Below, piece by piece: positions 37,892 to 50,223 of a stretch of DNA of 64,000 nucleotides (the stretch's first letter is position 1; each line of letters starts with the position of its first letter). The DNA is taken from NCBI RefSeq assembly GCF_006345805.1, contig NC_043021.1:2418001-2482000 (forward strand), written 5' to 3'. The notes under the pieces were generated by a model, which did no database searches, was not told where the DNA came from, and was given only the letters and a program-made list of their open reading frames with translations. This stretch comes from Octopus sinensis. Its lineage: Eukaryota. A program made the translations under genes and the position numbers.

Positions 37892-39715
37892 TCATCATCA
37901 TCATCATCATTTAGCGTCCGTTTTCCATGCTAGCATGGGTTGGACGTTCTACTGGGGTCTGTGAAGCCAGAAGGCTTCATCAGGCCCAGTCAAATCTGGC
38001 AGTGTTTCTACGGCTGGATGCCCTTCCTAACGCCAACCACTCCGTGAGTGTAGTGGGTGCTTTTTACGTGCCACCCGCACTGGTGCCAGAAAGAGCTGGC
38101 AAACGGCCACGAACGGATGGTGCTTTTTATGTGCCACCGGCACGAGGGCCAGGCGAGGCTGGCAACGGACACGAAACGGGGCGGTGCTGGCAACGGTCGC
38201 GAAACGGAAAGTTCTCTTACATGCCACCGGCACTGGTAACACATCTGCAATTTCCATTGATCGATTTCCATTGATCGATTTCGATTCTGATCCTCACTTG
38301 CCTCAATGGGTCTTCACAAGCAGAGTTTCGACATGCCACCGGCACTGGTAGCACATCCGCAATTTCCATTGATCGATTTCGATTCTGATCCTCACTTGCC
38401 TCAACACGTCTTCACAAGTAGAGTTTTGTGTCCCAAGAAGGGAAGGTATGCATACGTAGGCTGGCTCCATCCCATGTAGAAGGCCACGGGTTGTGGACTC
38501 ACTTGTCCTGCCGGGTCTTCTCGCGCACAGCACACTTCCAGAGGTCTCGGTCTCTAGTCATTTCCTCAGTGAGACCTAAAGTTCGAAGGTCGTGCTTCAC
38601 CACCTCGTCCCAGGTTTTCCTGGGTCTGCCTCTTCCACAGGTTCCCTCAACCGGTAGGGTGTGGCACTTTTTCACACAACTATCTTCATCCATTCTCGCC
38701 ACATGACCATACCAGCGCAAACGTCTCTCTTGCACACCACTACTGATGCTTCTTAGGTCCAGCTTTTCTCTCAAGGTACTTACACTCTGCCGAGTGTGAG
38801 TACCGGCATTACACATCCATCGGAGCATACTGGCTTCATTTCTAGCGAGCTTACGCATATCCTCAGCAGTCACGGCCCATGTTTCACTGCCATGTAGCAT
38901 GGCTGTTCGTACACACGCATCATACAGTCTGCCTTTCACTCTGTGCGAGAGGCCTTTTGTCACCAGCAGAGGTAAGAGCTCTCTGAACTTTGCCCAAGCT
39001 ATTCTTACTCTAGCAGTTACACTTTCAGCACACCCACCCCCGCTGCTGACTTGGTCACCTAGGTAACGGAAACTATCAACTATTTCTAGTTTTTCTCCCT
39101 GGAAAGTGACGGAAGTTGGTCTCAGAGCATTTTCAGTGTTTATTGTTCCTGAGCATCTGCCACATACAAAAACCATCTTCCTAGTTAGCCTTCCTTTGAC
39201 ATTGCTGCATCTCTTATGTGTCCATAGCTTACACTTGGTGCATCTTATAGAGTTTCTACCTACACCTTTTCTACAGATCGAGCAGGGCCATCTACCTGAA
39301 GGTGTTTGTGATTTGTCTACCTTCCTACTGATTACGACTTTGGTTTTAGCTAGATTGACTCTGAGGCCCTTCGATTCTAATCCTTGTTTCCACACCTGAA
39401 ACTTCTCCTCCAGTTCTGATAGCGACTCAGCAATTAGAGCAAGGTCATCAGCATAGAGGAGCTCCCAAGGGCATCCTGTCTTGAATTCCTCCGTTATTGC
39501 CTGGAGGACTATGATAAATAGGAGGGGGCTGAGTACTGAGCCTTGGTGGACCCCTACCTCTACCCGGAATTCTTCACTGTACTCATTTCCAACTCTCACC
39601 CTACTAGCGGCGTCCCTATACATGGCCCGCACAGCTCTCACTAACCATTCATCTATCCCTAGTTTTCTCATTGCCCACCAGATAAGGGATCGGGGGACCC
39701 TGTCGAAGGCTTTCT

Positions 39716-39719
<4 letters not shown>
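37890..39719 (-). mobile_element. 5'-truncated RTE-clade LINE, RT ORF open for about 400 codons, 3' UTR and (GAT)n tail
   Basis: EKAFDRV, GVHQGSVLSPLLF, LLYADDL, C4HC3 finger, FRYLG, RRLRWYGHV and GRGRPRKTW; stop at 38499. Confidence 0.93.
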
Positions 39720-39751
<32 letters not shown>

Positions 39752-39752
39752 G

Positions 39753-40062
39753 TGGAGGCGGAATGGCCCAGTGGTTAGGGCAGCGGACTCGCAGTCGTAG
39801 GATGCGGTTTCGATTCCCAGACCGGGCGTTGTGAGTGTTTATTGAGCGAAAACACCTAAAGCTCCACGGTGCTCTGGCAGGGGGTGGTGGCGATCCCTGC
39901 TGTACTCTTTCACCACAACTTTCTTCCACTCTTTCTTCTGTTGGCTTGCTCGCTTAGCCAGCGGGGTGGCGTCATTTGAAGGCTAAAACAATGTGAAGCG
40001 CATTGTGACCAGCGATGTGTAGCAACATCTGATAGCCTGGTCGGTCACGGTGATCACGGTGA
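39753..40062 (+). mobile_element. tRNA-headed SINE, family 1
   Basis: TGGCCCAGTGG A box and GGTTTCGATTCCC B-box-like motif; body shared with the 1085-1440 copy; tail ends in CACGGTGAT repeats. Confidence 0.8.
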
Positions 40063-40461
40063 TATATACATACATACACACACACACACCTTTCCGAGTT
40101 ACAGGCTCATAAGGTTAGTTATGTGGCATGTATACTCCCCGAATAGACAGGATGCTGCTTGCTAGTTGAGTGAACTGCAGTGAAGTATCTTGCTCAAGAA
40201 TACAACAGATTACCCTGACCAGGAATTGAACCACAACCTTACGACCATGAGTTCAACACCCTGTCAGGCGTCTTTCAGTTTCCTCCAACATAATCCATTC
40301 AGAAAGCTTTGGTTAGCTCGAGGATATAGTAGAAGACCCTTGCCCAAAGTGCCACGCAGTGGGACTGAACCCGGAACCGTGTGGTTGGGAATCAAGCTTC
40401 TTACCACACAGCCATTCTAACCAACTAACACATCACCTCCACCCAACACGGACTAACGTAC

Positions 40462-40585
40462 CTGTGGGGCTCCATCTATTTCATCAATGATAAGACAATT
40501 GGGGCGCGGGTCACTTTCAACCACTGATTTCATCAAAATTGCAGATTCTATCTTTGTCTTCACCACTTCTTCACTGCGGTCATCA
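40462..40585 (-). CDS. CHTF18: CTF18 coding exon 10 (Walker B)
   Basis: DDRSEEVVKTKIESA...PNCLIIDEIDGAPQ; TTGTAG/GTACGT. Confidence 0.97.
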
Positions 40586-42561
40586 CTACAAGAGACAAAA
40601 GAAGGGTTTCTTTAGAAATTTCCAGAAGCAATCAAAGAATAAAGGCAACAGGAGAAAGGTAAGTGGATATTTAATTATTTCCGGAGATGCCCACCACTAC
40701 TCGCTCGTATTTGCTCCCTTCTTGCAGCTCTCTACCCATCCACCCACAATTCAGGTACCATTTGTAATCCTCACCCCTGCATTAATCCTTCATAATCTTT
40801 AGATAACACTACATAATCTTTACAGATGATGCTTACTTCCCCTCCCCTACACACCCCTGCAAACTCCCACACACTCACACTACTATTGTAGAAAAGATAT
40901 TATTATTGAGTGAGAGAGCAGTGCATGCCATCAAATTGACACAGGGGTAAAATATATGAAGCCCAGTATACCCATCATGACTACCTGGCTCATAAGGGTA
41001 CACTAGGCACATGCATCACAACCATATGTGCGCGACATGGTGATCTCATATGAAGATAAACAGCGCATGACTTTGCAGGTGGGGCCCAGTTAGAATTTTC
41101 TTCTGGTCGAGTAGCCTATCCCACTCAAAAGGTCCTTGAATAAGGGTTGTTTAAGGATGTTGAACAAAACACCCATGTTTCCAAAAGTGAATTATTCAAA
41201 CCCCAAAGAATTCCTCTCAACACATAGCTATGATGCTCCCCCACTACTTCTGCTCGCGATCAGAGATGCACATATCGTCAGCCACTAAGGGACATGCTTA
41301 ACTGGTTAAGCTCAAACAACTGACAAGCAAATCTGGTATTGAGCAGAATATTTGCTGTAGCCCATCTTTTATACCAAGACAAAACAATGTACATGATAAC
41401 ACTTCCAATCAGTTAAGATCAGAAGCCACGAGAGCCTCTGCCTACTGTTATTTGTCAGAATCCATAACATGCTAGACAAAACACTCTGTGCCATTTCTTC
41501 CAGTTCCACATGTTCTGTGCTTAAATCCTGTTGAGGCTGACTTTGCTCCTCATTCTTTTAGGATTGGTAAAAATAAGCACCACCAGTTCAGCACTGGGGA
41601 TGATGGAATCAACCAGTACCCTCTACCCACCCACTAAAATTGCTAGCATTGTGCCAAAAATTTGAAATCATCATCATTGTTTAGCATCCGCTTTCCATGC
41701 TAGCATGGGTTGGACGGTTCAACTGGGGTCTGGGAAGCCAGAAGGCTGCACCAGGCCCAGTCTGATGTAGCAATGTTTCTACGGCTGGATGCCCTTCCTA
41801 ACGCCAACCACTCCGTGAGTGTAGTGGGTGCTTTTTACGTGCCACTGGCACAGGTTATTATTATTATTATTATTGGTGCTGTTGTTATTATTGTTGTCCC
41901 CAAGGCGGCGAGATGGCAGAATCATTAGCACACTGGACGAAATGTTTAGCGGTATTTCGCCTGTCGCTATGTTCTGAGTTCAAATTCTGCCGATGTCAAC
42001 TCCACCTTTCATCCTTTCAGGGTCAATAAATTAAGTACCAGGTGCATACTGGGGTCAATGTAATCAACTATCCCCCTCCCCCAAATTTCAGGCCTTGTGC
42101 CTATAATAGAAAGGATTATTACTACTACTACTACGACTAAGGTGACGCCAGGCAAAATGTTTAGTGGTATTTCGTCTGTCTTTAAGATCTGAGTTCAAAT
42201 TCCACCGAGGTTGACTTTGCCTTTCATCCTTTTGGGGTCAATAAATTAAGTACCAGTTATGCACTGGAGTTGATGTAATCAACTTAATCCCTTTGTCTGT
42301 CCTTGTTTGTCCTCTCTATGTTTAGCCCCTTGTGGGCAATAAAGAAATAAGACTCGTTAGCATGCCAGGTGAAAATGCTTAGCTGTATTTCATCCACCAC
42401 TACGTACTAAGTTCAAATTCCATCAAGGTCGACTTTGCCTTTCATCCTTTCAGGGTCGATAAATTAAGTACCAGTGGAGTACAGGGGTCAGTGTAATTGA
42501 CTAGTTCCCTCCCACCAGATTTCAGGCCTATAAAAGAAAGGGTTATTACTGTTGCCCTTAC

Positions 42562-42659
42562 CTGGCATTCATCTCCACTACATTGTAGCCTGCATGTTTA
42601 GCAATGACGTGGGCCAATGTTGTCTTTCCCAGACCAGGGGCACCATTCAACAAAACAAT
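42562..42659 (-). CDS. CHTF18: CTF18 coding exon 9 (Walker A)
   Basis: IVLLNGAPGLGKTTLAHVIAKHAGYNVVEMNA; TTTTAG/GTAAGG. Confidence 0.97.
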
Positions 42660-42966
42660 CTAAAAAAATAAGAAGTGAAAAAGAAAAGGTAAAAAAGAAC
42701 CATCTTGCAGTGTGTTTAGGGTGAGATGAATGTCAGGATGATGATGATGATGATGATGGTTATGATAATGAAGATGATAATGATGATGATGATCATAACG
42801 ATGATGATTTTCATCATCATCATCATCAGGAGGATGGTGTCAATGATGATAAAGAAGCAGGGTTAAAGTTGTAAACTTTACGAAACAATGACAAACATTA
42901 AAAAAAAAATATTCGATTTAAAAAAACGGAAAAAAAAAAAATCAAATCAAATGTGAGGTTGTCTAC

Positions 42967-43143
42967 CTTCTGAAGTGGACGATTCTGTTTGTCCAATTCT
43001 TCGCTGACCATTTGCTGTTGTTTCTTCTTGCTAAACTGGACATTTGTCTTAACATCAGCCTTCTTTCGGTTCATTTTGATCGGTTTGTTAAACACAACGT
43101 GGTCCCATAATTTCAACCAATGCAACAAGGAACGGTTGATATT
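42967..43143 (-). CDS. CHTF18: CTF18 coding exon 8
   Basis: TTACAG/GTAGAC; NINRSLLHWLKLWDHVVF...QNRPLQK, 177 nt, phase 0-0. Confidence 0.95.
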
Positions 43144-43194
43144 CTGTAAGAAGAGAAATCGAGAAAGTCACCCTCTTGGACTCATAAACAACAA

Positions 43195-43735
43195 TGGAAA
43201 CCCTTGTCGTAACTTTGCAAGCCCTTGTCATAACTTTGCAAGCCCTTGTCGTAACTTTGCAAGCCCTTGTCGTAACTTTGCAAGCCCTTGTCGTAACTTT
43301 GCAAACCCTTGTCATAACTTTGCAAGCCCTTGTCGTAACTTTGCAAGCCCTTGTCATAACTTTGCAAGCCCTTGTCATAACTTGCAAACCCTTGTCGTAA
43401 CTTTGCAAGTCCTTAACATAACTTTGCAAGCCCTTGTCATAACTTTATAAACCCTTGTCATAACTTTGCAAGTCATTGTCATAACTTTGCAAGTCCTTAT
43501 CATAACTTTGCAAGCCCTTGTCATAACTTTATAAACCCTTGTCATAACTTTGCAAGTCATTGTCGTAACTTTGCAAGCCCTTGTCATAACTTTGCAAGCC
43601 CTTGTCATAACTTTATAAACCCTTGTCATAACTTTGCAAGTCATTGTCATAACTTTGCAAGTCCTTATCATAACTTTGCAAGCCCTTGTCGTAACTTTGC
43701 AAACCCTTGTCATAACTTGCAAACCCTTGTCATAC
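43195..43735. repeat. 21-bp minisatellite (AAGCCCTTGTCATAACTTTGC), about 26 copies
   Basis: Direct reading; intron 7 of CTF18, about 50 nt from the exon 8 acceptor. Confidence 0.93.
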
Positions 43736-43834
43736 TTTATCCTATACAACAACGCTGCAGTCTGCCAGCCGGGTTACCCCCTAATACTAAAAAAAAAAAC
43801 TTGATAGAAGCCAGGACTGAACCTGAGAGCTTAC

Positions 43835-44027
43835 CTCTTCACTGAGCAACTCTGCGTAAGACCTTGGGGCATATTTGTCCACCCACAAATTGTCTTCATT
43901 CCCTGCTGTTGCTGGCCGCTCTTCACAGTAGATGTCATCCATACGTACTGACTGTGCATCCATTTCTTCCCCAGGGACACCCTCTGCATCTGGATGCGTC
44001 CGTCCACTACCGACTGAACCACCTTCC
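43835..44027 (-). CDS. CHTF18: CTF18 coding exon 7
   Basis: TTGTAG/GTAAGC; encodes NLWVDKYAPRSYAELLSEE (RFC box II-like). Confidence 0.95.
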
Positions 44028-44409
44028 CTACAACACAACAACAAACATAAGAGACGTCTGAATTCCCAGGTGTCACTGACTCCTTAGCATTTAAACTGGC
44101 CATATCCAGCCGAAATATTCTACCTGTTTTATCTTCAAACCAGCCACATTCAACCTATCCTACCTCCTGGCTATGGCACAGATAGAGCATAATTAAGGAT
44201 GTGGTTAGGGTAATGCAATTAGAGAAGTGATTAAGATGAACTTAACCCTTTAGAATGCAAAATGCACCATCCGATCGTGGCCGTTTGTCAGCCTCGTCTG
44301 GCACCTGTGCCGGTGGCACGTAAAAAGCACCCACTACACTCACGGAGTAGTTGGCGTTAGGAAGGGCATCCAGCCGTAGAAACATTGCCAGATCAGACTG
44401 GGCCTGGTG

Positions 44410-45905
44410 CAGCCTTCTGGCTTCCCAGACCCCAGTTGAACTGTCCAACCCATGCTTGCATGGAAAGCGGATGCTAAACGATGATGATGATTTCAAATTT
44501 TTGGCAGCCTTCTGGCTTCCCAGACCCCAGTTGAACCGTCCAACCCATGCTTGCATGGAAAGCGGATGCTAATCGATGATGATGATTTCAAATTTTTGGC
44601 AGCCTTCTGGCTTCCCAGACCCCAGTTGAACCGTCCAACCCATGCTTGCATGGAAAGCGGATGCTAAACGATGATGATGATTTCAAATTTTTGGCAGCCT
44701 TCTGGCTTCCCAGACCCCAGTTGAACCGTCCAACCCATGCTTGCATGGAAAGCAGATGCTAAACGATGATGATGATTTCAAATTTTTGGCAGCCTTCTGG
44801 CTTCCCAGACCCCAGTTGAACCGTCCAACCCATGCTTGCATGGAAAGCGGATGCTAAACGATGATGATGATTTCAAATTTTTGGCAGCCTTCTGGCTTCC
44901 CAGACCCCAGTTGAACTGTCCAACCCATGCTTGCATGGAAAGCGGATGCTAAACGATGATGATTTCAAATTTTTGGCAGCCTTCTGGCTTCCCAGACCCC
45001 AGTTGAACCGTCCAACCCATGCTTGCATGGAAAGCGGATGCTAAACGATGATGATGATTTCAAATTTTTGGCAGCCTTCTTGCTTCCCAGACCCCAGTTG
45101 AACTGTCCAACCCATGCTTGCATGGAAAGCGGATGCTAAACGATGATGATGATTTCAAATTTTTGGCAGCCTTCTGGCTTCCCAGACCCCAGTTGAACCG
45201 TCCAACCCATGCCAGCATGGAAAGCGGATGCTAAACGATGATGATGATTTCAAATTTTTGGCAGCCTTCTGGCTTCCCAGACCCCAGTTGAACTGTCCAA
45301 CCCATGCCAGCATGGAAAGCGGATGCTAAACGATGATGATGATTTCAAATTTTTGGCAGCCTTCTGGCTTCCCAGACCCCAGTTGAACTGTCCAACCCAT
45401 GCCAGCATGGAAAGCGGATGCTAAACGATGATGATGATTTCAAATTTTTGGCAGCCTTCTGGCTTCCCAGACCCCAGTTGAACCGTCCAACCCATGCTTG
45501 CATGGAAAGCGGATGCTAAACGATGATGATGATTTCAAATTTTTGGTAGCCTTCTGGCTTCCCAGACCCCAGTTGAACTGTCCAACCCATGCCAGCATGG
45601 AAAGCGGATGCTAAACGATGATGATGATTTCAAATTTTTGGCAGCCTTCTGGCTTCCCAGACCCCAGTTGAACTGTCCAACCCATGCCAGCATGGAAAGC
45701 GGATGCTAAACGATGATGATGATTTCAAATTTTTGGCAGCCTTCTGGCTTCCCAGACCCCAGTTGAACCGTCCAACCCATGCTTGCATGGAAAGCGGATG
45801 CTAAACGATGATGATGATTTCAAATTTTTGGCAGCCTTCTGGCTTCCAGACCCCAGTTGAACTGTCCAACCCATGCCAGCATGGAAAGCAGACGCTAAAC
45901 GACGA
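44410..45905 (+). repeat. ~95-bp tandem array (about 16 copies) of the RTE 3' terminus
   Basis: Unit CAGCCTTCTGGCTTCCCAGACCCC...ATGCTAAACGATGATGATGATTTCAAATTTTTGG. Confidence 0.95.
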
Positions 45906-46219
45906 TGATGATGATGAATTCTGAGTTAAATGTAATGCTTTTTTATTCACCTTGTTTTGAATTAATCTTGCATTATCTTGAAGCTTTGAGATTTTCATGA
46001 GGTGACTGTTAATTTTTAGAATGACATTGTAGGGTTAGCGTGAGAGGCCAGATATGGCTACATTGTACATAAAAATGGTTCGATATTTTGGCCGGATACG
46101 GCTGGTATAAATAAAGGTGAGGGTAAAAGTTGGGCTTAGAAGTGCATTTAGTTTTTTAGGGGTGTGGTTAAAATTATACTTAAGGGTATGATTGAAAGTG
46201 CACTGAAGGGTCTAGTTAA

Positions 46220-46440
46220 CCCTTTAGTGTTCACATTATTCTGCCAAAGTTAATCCTTTTTAATCCACATTGTTTTGAGCTAATCCTGCATTATCTTGTA
46301 GTTATGAGATTTTGATGAGGTAGCTGTTCAGTTTTCAAACAATATTGTAGGGTTGGTGTGAGAGACCAGATCTGGCCAATTTGAACATAAAACAAGCAGA
46401 ATACTTTTGGCCGGATATGGCCGGTTTAAATGCTAAAGGG
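46220..46440. mobile_element. piggyBac-like MITE (family B)
   Basis: TTAA TSD, TIR CCCTTTAG/CTAAAGGG; older copies near 53505-53733, 45915-46110, 44080-44160 and 26880-27058. Confidence 0.8.
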
Positions 46441-46479
46441 TTAAAAGACAATTGTCTGGAAGGAAATGGTAAAACTTAC

Positions 46480-46526
46480 GTAGCTGAGTCTAAATTATTG
46501 ATTTCTTCTGAAATTTTTATGGCTTT
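46480..46526 (-). CDS. CHTF18: CTF18 coding exon 6
   Basis: Long polypyrimidine tract plus TTCCAG, GTAAGT donor, 47 nt, phase 0-2. It is the piece that reconciles the phases of exons 5 and 7. Confidence 0.8.
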
Positions 46527-47658
46527 CTGGAAAGAGAAGGGAAAAAAATGAGATCAGGTTCAAGAATTAGGAATGGTCTCAAATACACACAGGTGGAATA
46601 GATAGATAGACAGGTAAAGAGATATATATTTCTTTACTACCCACAAGAGGCTAAACACAGAGGGGACAAAGAAGGACAGACAAATGGATTAAGTCGATTA
46701 TATCAACCCCAGTGGGGTGGGACATTGCATCTATCTACCTATTTCTTTACTACCCACAAGGCGCTAAACACAGAGGGGACAAAGAAGGACAGACATAGGT
46801 ATTAAGTCGATTACATCGACCCCAGTGTGTAACTGGTACTTAATTTATCGACCCCGAAAGGATGAAAGGCAAAGTCGACCTCGGCGGAATTTGAACTCAG
46901 AACGTAACGGCAGACAAAATACAGCTACGTATTTCGCTCGGCATGCTAACGTTTCTGCCAGCTCACCGCCTTTTGTTAGGTAAAGAGATATAGGCAGGTA
47001 GATATGTAGATGGATGGATGGGCAGACAGATAAATAAGTAGACAGGTAGGTAGGTACTGTATATAGACAGACAGGTATCGAGATGGCTGGATGGACAGAT
47101 AGACAGATAGGTAGAAAGGTGTAAATAGGTATGTATATGTAAATGGCCGGATGGGCAGACAGACAGCTTGGTAGATAGGTAGGTAAGTATATAAATCGAC
47201 AGGTAGAGAGATATAAGCAGGCAGGTATGCTGATGGACAGGTGACCAGACAGACAGAGGTATGTAGACAGGTAGATAGATGCAAGGCGACATGCTGGCAG
47301 AAACGTTAGCACGCCAGGCGAAATGCTTAGCGGTATTTCGGCAGCCGTTACGTTGTGAGTTCAAAATTCCGCCGAGGTTGACTTTGCCTTTCATCCTTTC
47401 TGGGTCGATAAATTAAGTACCAGTTACGCACTGGGGTCGATGTAATCGTCTTAATACCTATGTCTGTCCTTATTTGTCCCCTCTGTGTTTAGCCCATTGT
47501 GGGTAGTAAAGAAATAGGTAGATAGATGTAATGTCCCACCCCACATTAGCCTCTTGAGACCCCAATATTCTCCACTTGGTAGATGTCCTAATTCTGCTAC
47601 AATAGCACCAAACTATTCACCGAGCCATCAGTGGCCACATAAATTAGTCAGGACTTAC

Positions 47659-47742
47659 CTCCAGAGCAATTTTCTCCATCAGTAACGAGAATGGTTCATC
47701 AAGGAGTTGCAGAGAATTCTTGGTGTTGATAACTCTTGCAGC
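47659..47742 (-). CDS. CHTF18: CTF18 coding exon 5
   Basis: TGACAG/GTAAGT, 84 nt, phase 0-0 (AARVINTKNSLQLLDEPFSLLMEKIALE). Confidence 0.85.
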
Positions 47743-48014
47743 CTGTCAAAGAAGAAGAATAAAAACAAATTAGAAGTTACCTGAAGACCACAGTTTGCCC
47801 ATGGCCTTTAAAACAATAAGGTGCAAAACAAAGTAGATTTGGCTGCTATTTCTAGCACACCAAGCAACCTAGTTAACTCATTGTATGAAACTGTACATAA
47901 GCAGTTATATACGATATTAGCCACTGCAATAATGGATGTGCATGTCTGTTGCAGCAAATGCAATTTGTTTTTTTCAGTTGATTTATTGCTGCAATTCTGT
48001 AAATTTGTGCTGCA

Positions 48015-48630
48015 AGGTGTGGAAACTGAGATGTGGAAACTGAGGTGTGGAAACCAAGATGTAGAAACTGAGGTGTGGAAACCAAGATGTGGAAATCGAG
48101 ATGTGAAAACTGAGATGTGGAAACTGAGGTGTGAAAACCAAGATGTGGAAACTGAGGTGTGGAAATCGAGATGTGAAAACTGAGATGTGAAAACCAAGAT
48201 GTGGAAACTGAGGTGTGGAAATCGAGATGTGGAAACTGAGGTGTGGAAATCGAGATGTGAAAACCAAGATGTGGAAATCGAGATGTGAAACTGAGGTGTG
48301 GAAATCGAGATGTGAAAACTGAGATGTGGAAACTGAGGTGTGAAAACCAAGATGTGGAAACTGAGATGCGGAAACTGAGGTGTGGAAATCGAGATGTGAA
48401 AACTGAGATGTGGAAACTGAGGTGTGAAAACCAAGATGTGGAAACTGAGGTGTGGAAATCGAGATGTGGAAACTGAGGTGCGGAAACTGAGGTGTGGAAA
48501 TCGAGACGTGAAAATTGAGATGTGAAAACTGAGGTGTGGAAACCGAGATGTGGAAACCAAGATGTGGATACTGAGACGTGGAAACCAAGATGTGGAAACT
48601 GAGGCGTGGAAATTGAGGTGTGGAAACCAA
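48015..48630. repeat. 14-bp minisatellite (GTGGAAACTGAGAT variants), about 44 copies
   Basis: Direct reading; intron 4 of CTF18. Confidence 0.92.
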
Positions 48631-48687
48631 GCGAAAATGAAACATGAATGAGATGAGGATTCCTCTCATTCCACACCTGTGTCTTAC

Positions 48688-48812
48688 CTCTGCTTCAAGA
48701 GTTTCACAGCTCCTCATCTTCATGTAAGCTCGAGTGCCATCAGAAGATGTGACACTGAAGAAATTAGTCTTTGGAATGGAGAAACTGACGCGCTGCCTCT
48801 GTTTCTTGGCAT
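48688..48812 (-). CDS. CHTF18: CTF18 coding exon 4
   Basis: TTACAG/GTAAGA boundaries; encodes VTSSDGTRAYMKMR, similar to the CTF18 VTSxxGxRAY motif; phase 1-0. Confidence 0.9.
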
Positions 48813-49644
48813 CTGTAAAAACAAAAGAACTGACTCAAAGATTTTTGAATTTATTTCAAAAGAATTTCGATAAGGAACTGAATATTCAAAACAAATCTTA
48901 TTAAGATTTCAAAAAAGTCAGAACAAATGAAGCCCACAAACACATTCACCGGTTGTTGCTTGTTTATATTTCTCTTCATTTTCCTAAATAGTTGTCTTGC
49001 TAGCCAAAGGCCACACAGACAAACACTGCATGGCACCTTGAGCAAGTATCTTCTACTATAGCCCCTGGATTGACCAAAGATTTGTGAGTAGCTTCAGTAG
49101 ATGAAAACCTAATCATGTATGTGTGTGTGTATGAATGAGTGGAATGTGTGTAAGTATATATGAGTGTATTATATATATGTGTGTGTGCGTGTGTCCATGT
49201 CTTGGCATTGCATAACAGCCATAAGCAAGCATCCATATACAAACACCAACCACAGAAAATCTGCTTCAATACATTCCATCTAACCCATGCAGATGTGGTG
49301 TTAGGGTGTTGCACTCACAACGGCCAGATTGTGGGTTCGATTCCTGGACTGGGTAGCTTGTTGTGTTCTTGAGCAAAACACTTCTTGATTTCACATTGCT
49401 CTAGTGCTGTGTGGGGACAAGCATGTCAAAGAATAGACCCAATGTTTCCTCTGTGTGTCATCATAAAAGATGACTAAGAGAGGTTGAGGTAGGATTTGCA
49501 CTCAGACCTCATTTAAAACCCTCACCAGCAAATACTACCCCAAAAAAACAGACCCATGGGTTGGAGGATTGTCACCTGAGCAGTGCAAAGGTGTTGTCCA
49601 TCAGGAGTAGATGAGAACCACCAACAAGCAGTGGACGCAGTGAC

Positions 49645-49975
49645 ACATCATCATCATCATTGTTCGATCGTGGTCGAGACAATGGAATTTACCATGCTAC
49701 GCCAGACTTCACGGTCCATCATGGCATTACGGAGGTCCTGTTGCTGGATGCCTGTATCCCTGGAGATTACATCAGGGTAGGAGAGTGTGCGCCCTCTGGT
49801 ATTGCGAGCAGATGGCTTCCAGAGGAGAAGAGTAGAAATTACTTCTTTTTCAGCTCTACAACAATGTCCAGCAAACTGGACTCTCCTACCTTTCACAAGA
49901 GATGACACAGGTGGTAGTTATAAGGCAGCCATCCCACGCCCCACCCGACCCATAATACATCGAGTAAGCATGGAA
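49645..49975 (-). mobile_element. 3' fragment of a second RTE-like family
   Basis: RRVQFAGHCCRA...GRTLSYPD...AMMDREVWR C-terminus followed by a (TGA)n tail. Confidence 0.75.
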
Positions 49976-50052
49976 AAATGAATGTTAAAACAGCAGAGAT
50001 GACGATGATGATGATGTTATTGTTTATATTGCAAGCAGATAAAGCAGTTTAC

Positions 50053-50223
50053 CTTGACTTTGTGTTTGTTGATATTCCTGAGAATTCCTTGCCATTCGTC
50101 GTAAAGTTTCTATTTCTGTGCAAAGGTCGTCATCAAGAACATCGTGCCGAATCGTTGGTTCCACATCAAAGTTTCCAGACGTTGTGTCTGGCATTCGTTT
50201 CTGTCTTTTAGCAGAAGGAACAG
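50053..50223 (-). CDS. CHTF18: CTF18 coding exon 3
   Basis: TTGTAG acceptor, GTAAAC donor, 171 nt, phase 1-1 (VPSAKRQKRMP...QTQSQ). Confidence 0.78.

Noticed and set aside
39753-39830. tRNA-like sequence (TCG at the anticodon-like position)
   Set aside because: No acceptor stem; it continues into a repeated SINE body, so it is a SINE head rather than a tRNA gene.
38499-39929. 476-aa ORF as a single protein
   Set aside because: The N-terminal ~70 aa come from an antisense SINE and a (TA)n tract; only 38499-39719 is RT, and it is 5'-truncated.
43088-43752. ORFs with VMTRACK or NFASPCR repeats
   Set aside because: Translations of the 21-bp minisatellite.
44410-45905. Regular repeat arrays resembling CRISPR
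   Set aside because: Units are contiguous with no unique spacers and no cas genes, in a eukaryotic intron.
47808-48723. 250-267-aa ORFs with FHISVSTPQFPHL repeats
   Set aside because: Read-through of the 14-bp minisatellite; it lies in a CTF18 intron and the real exon 4 splices out at 48688.
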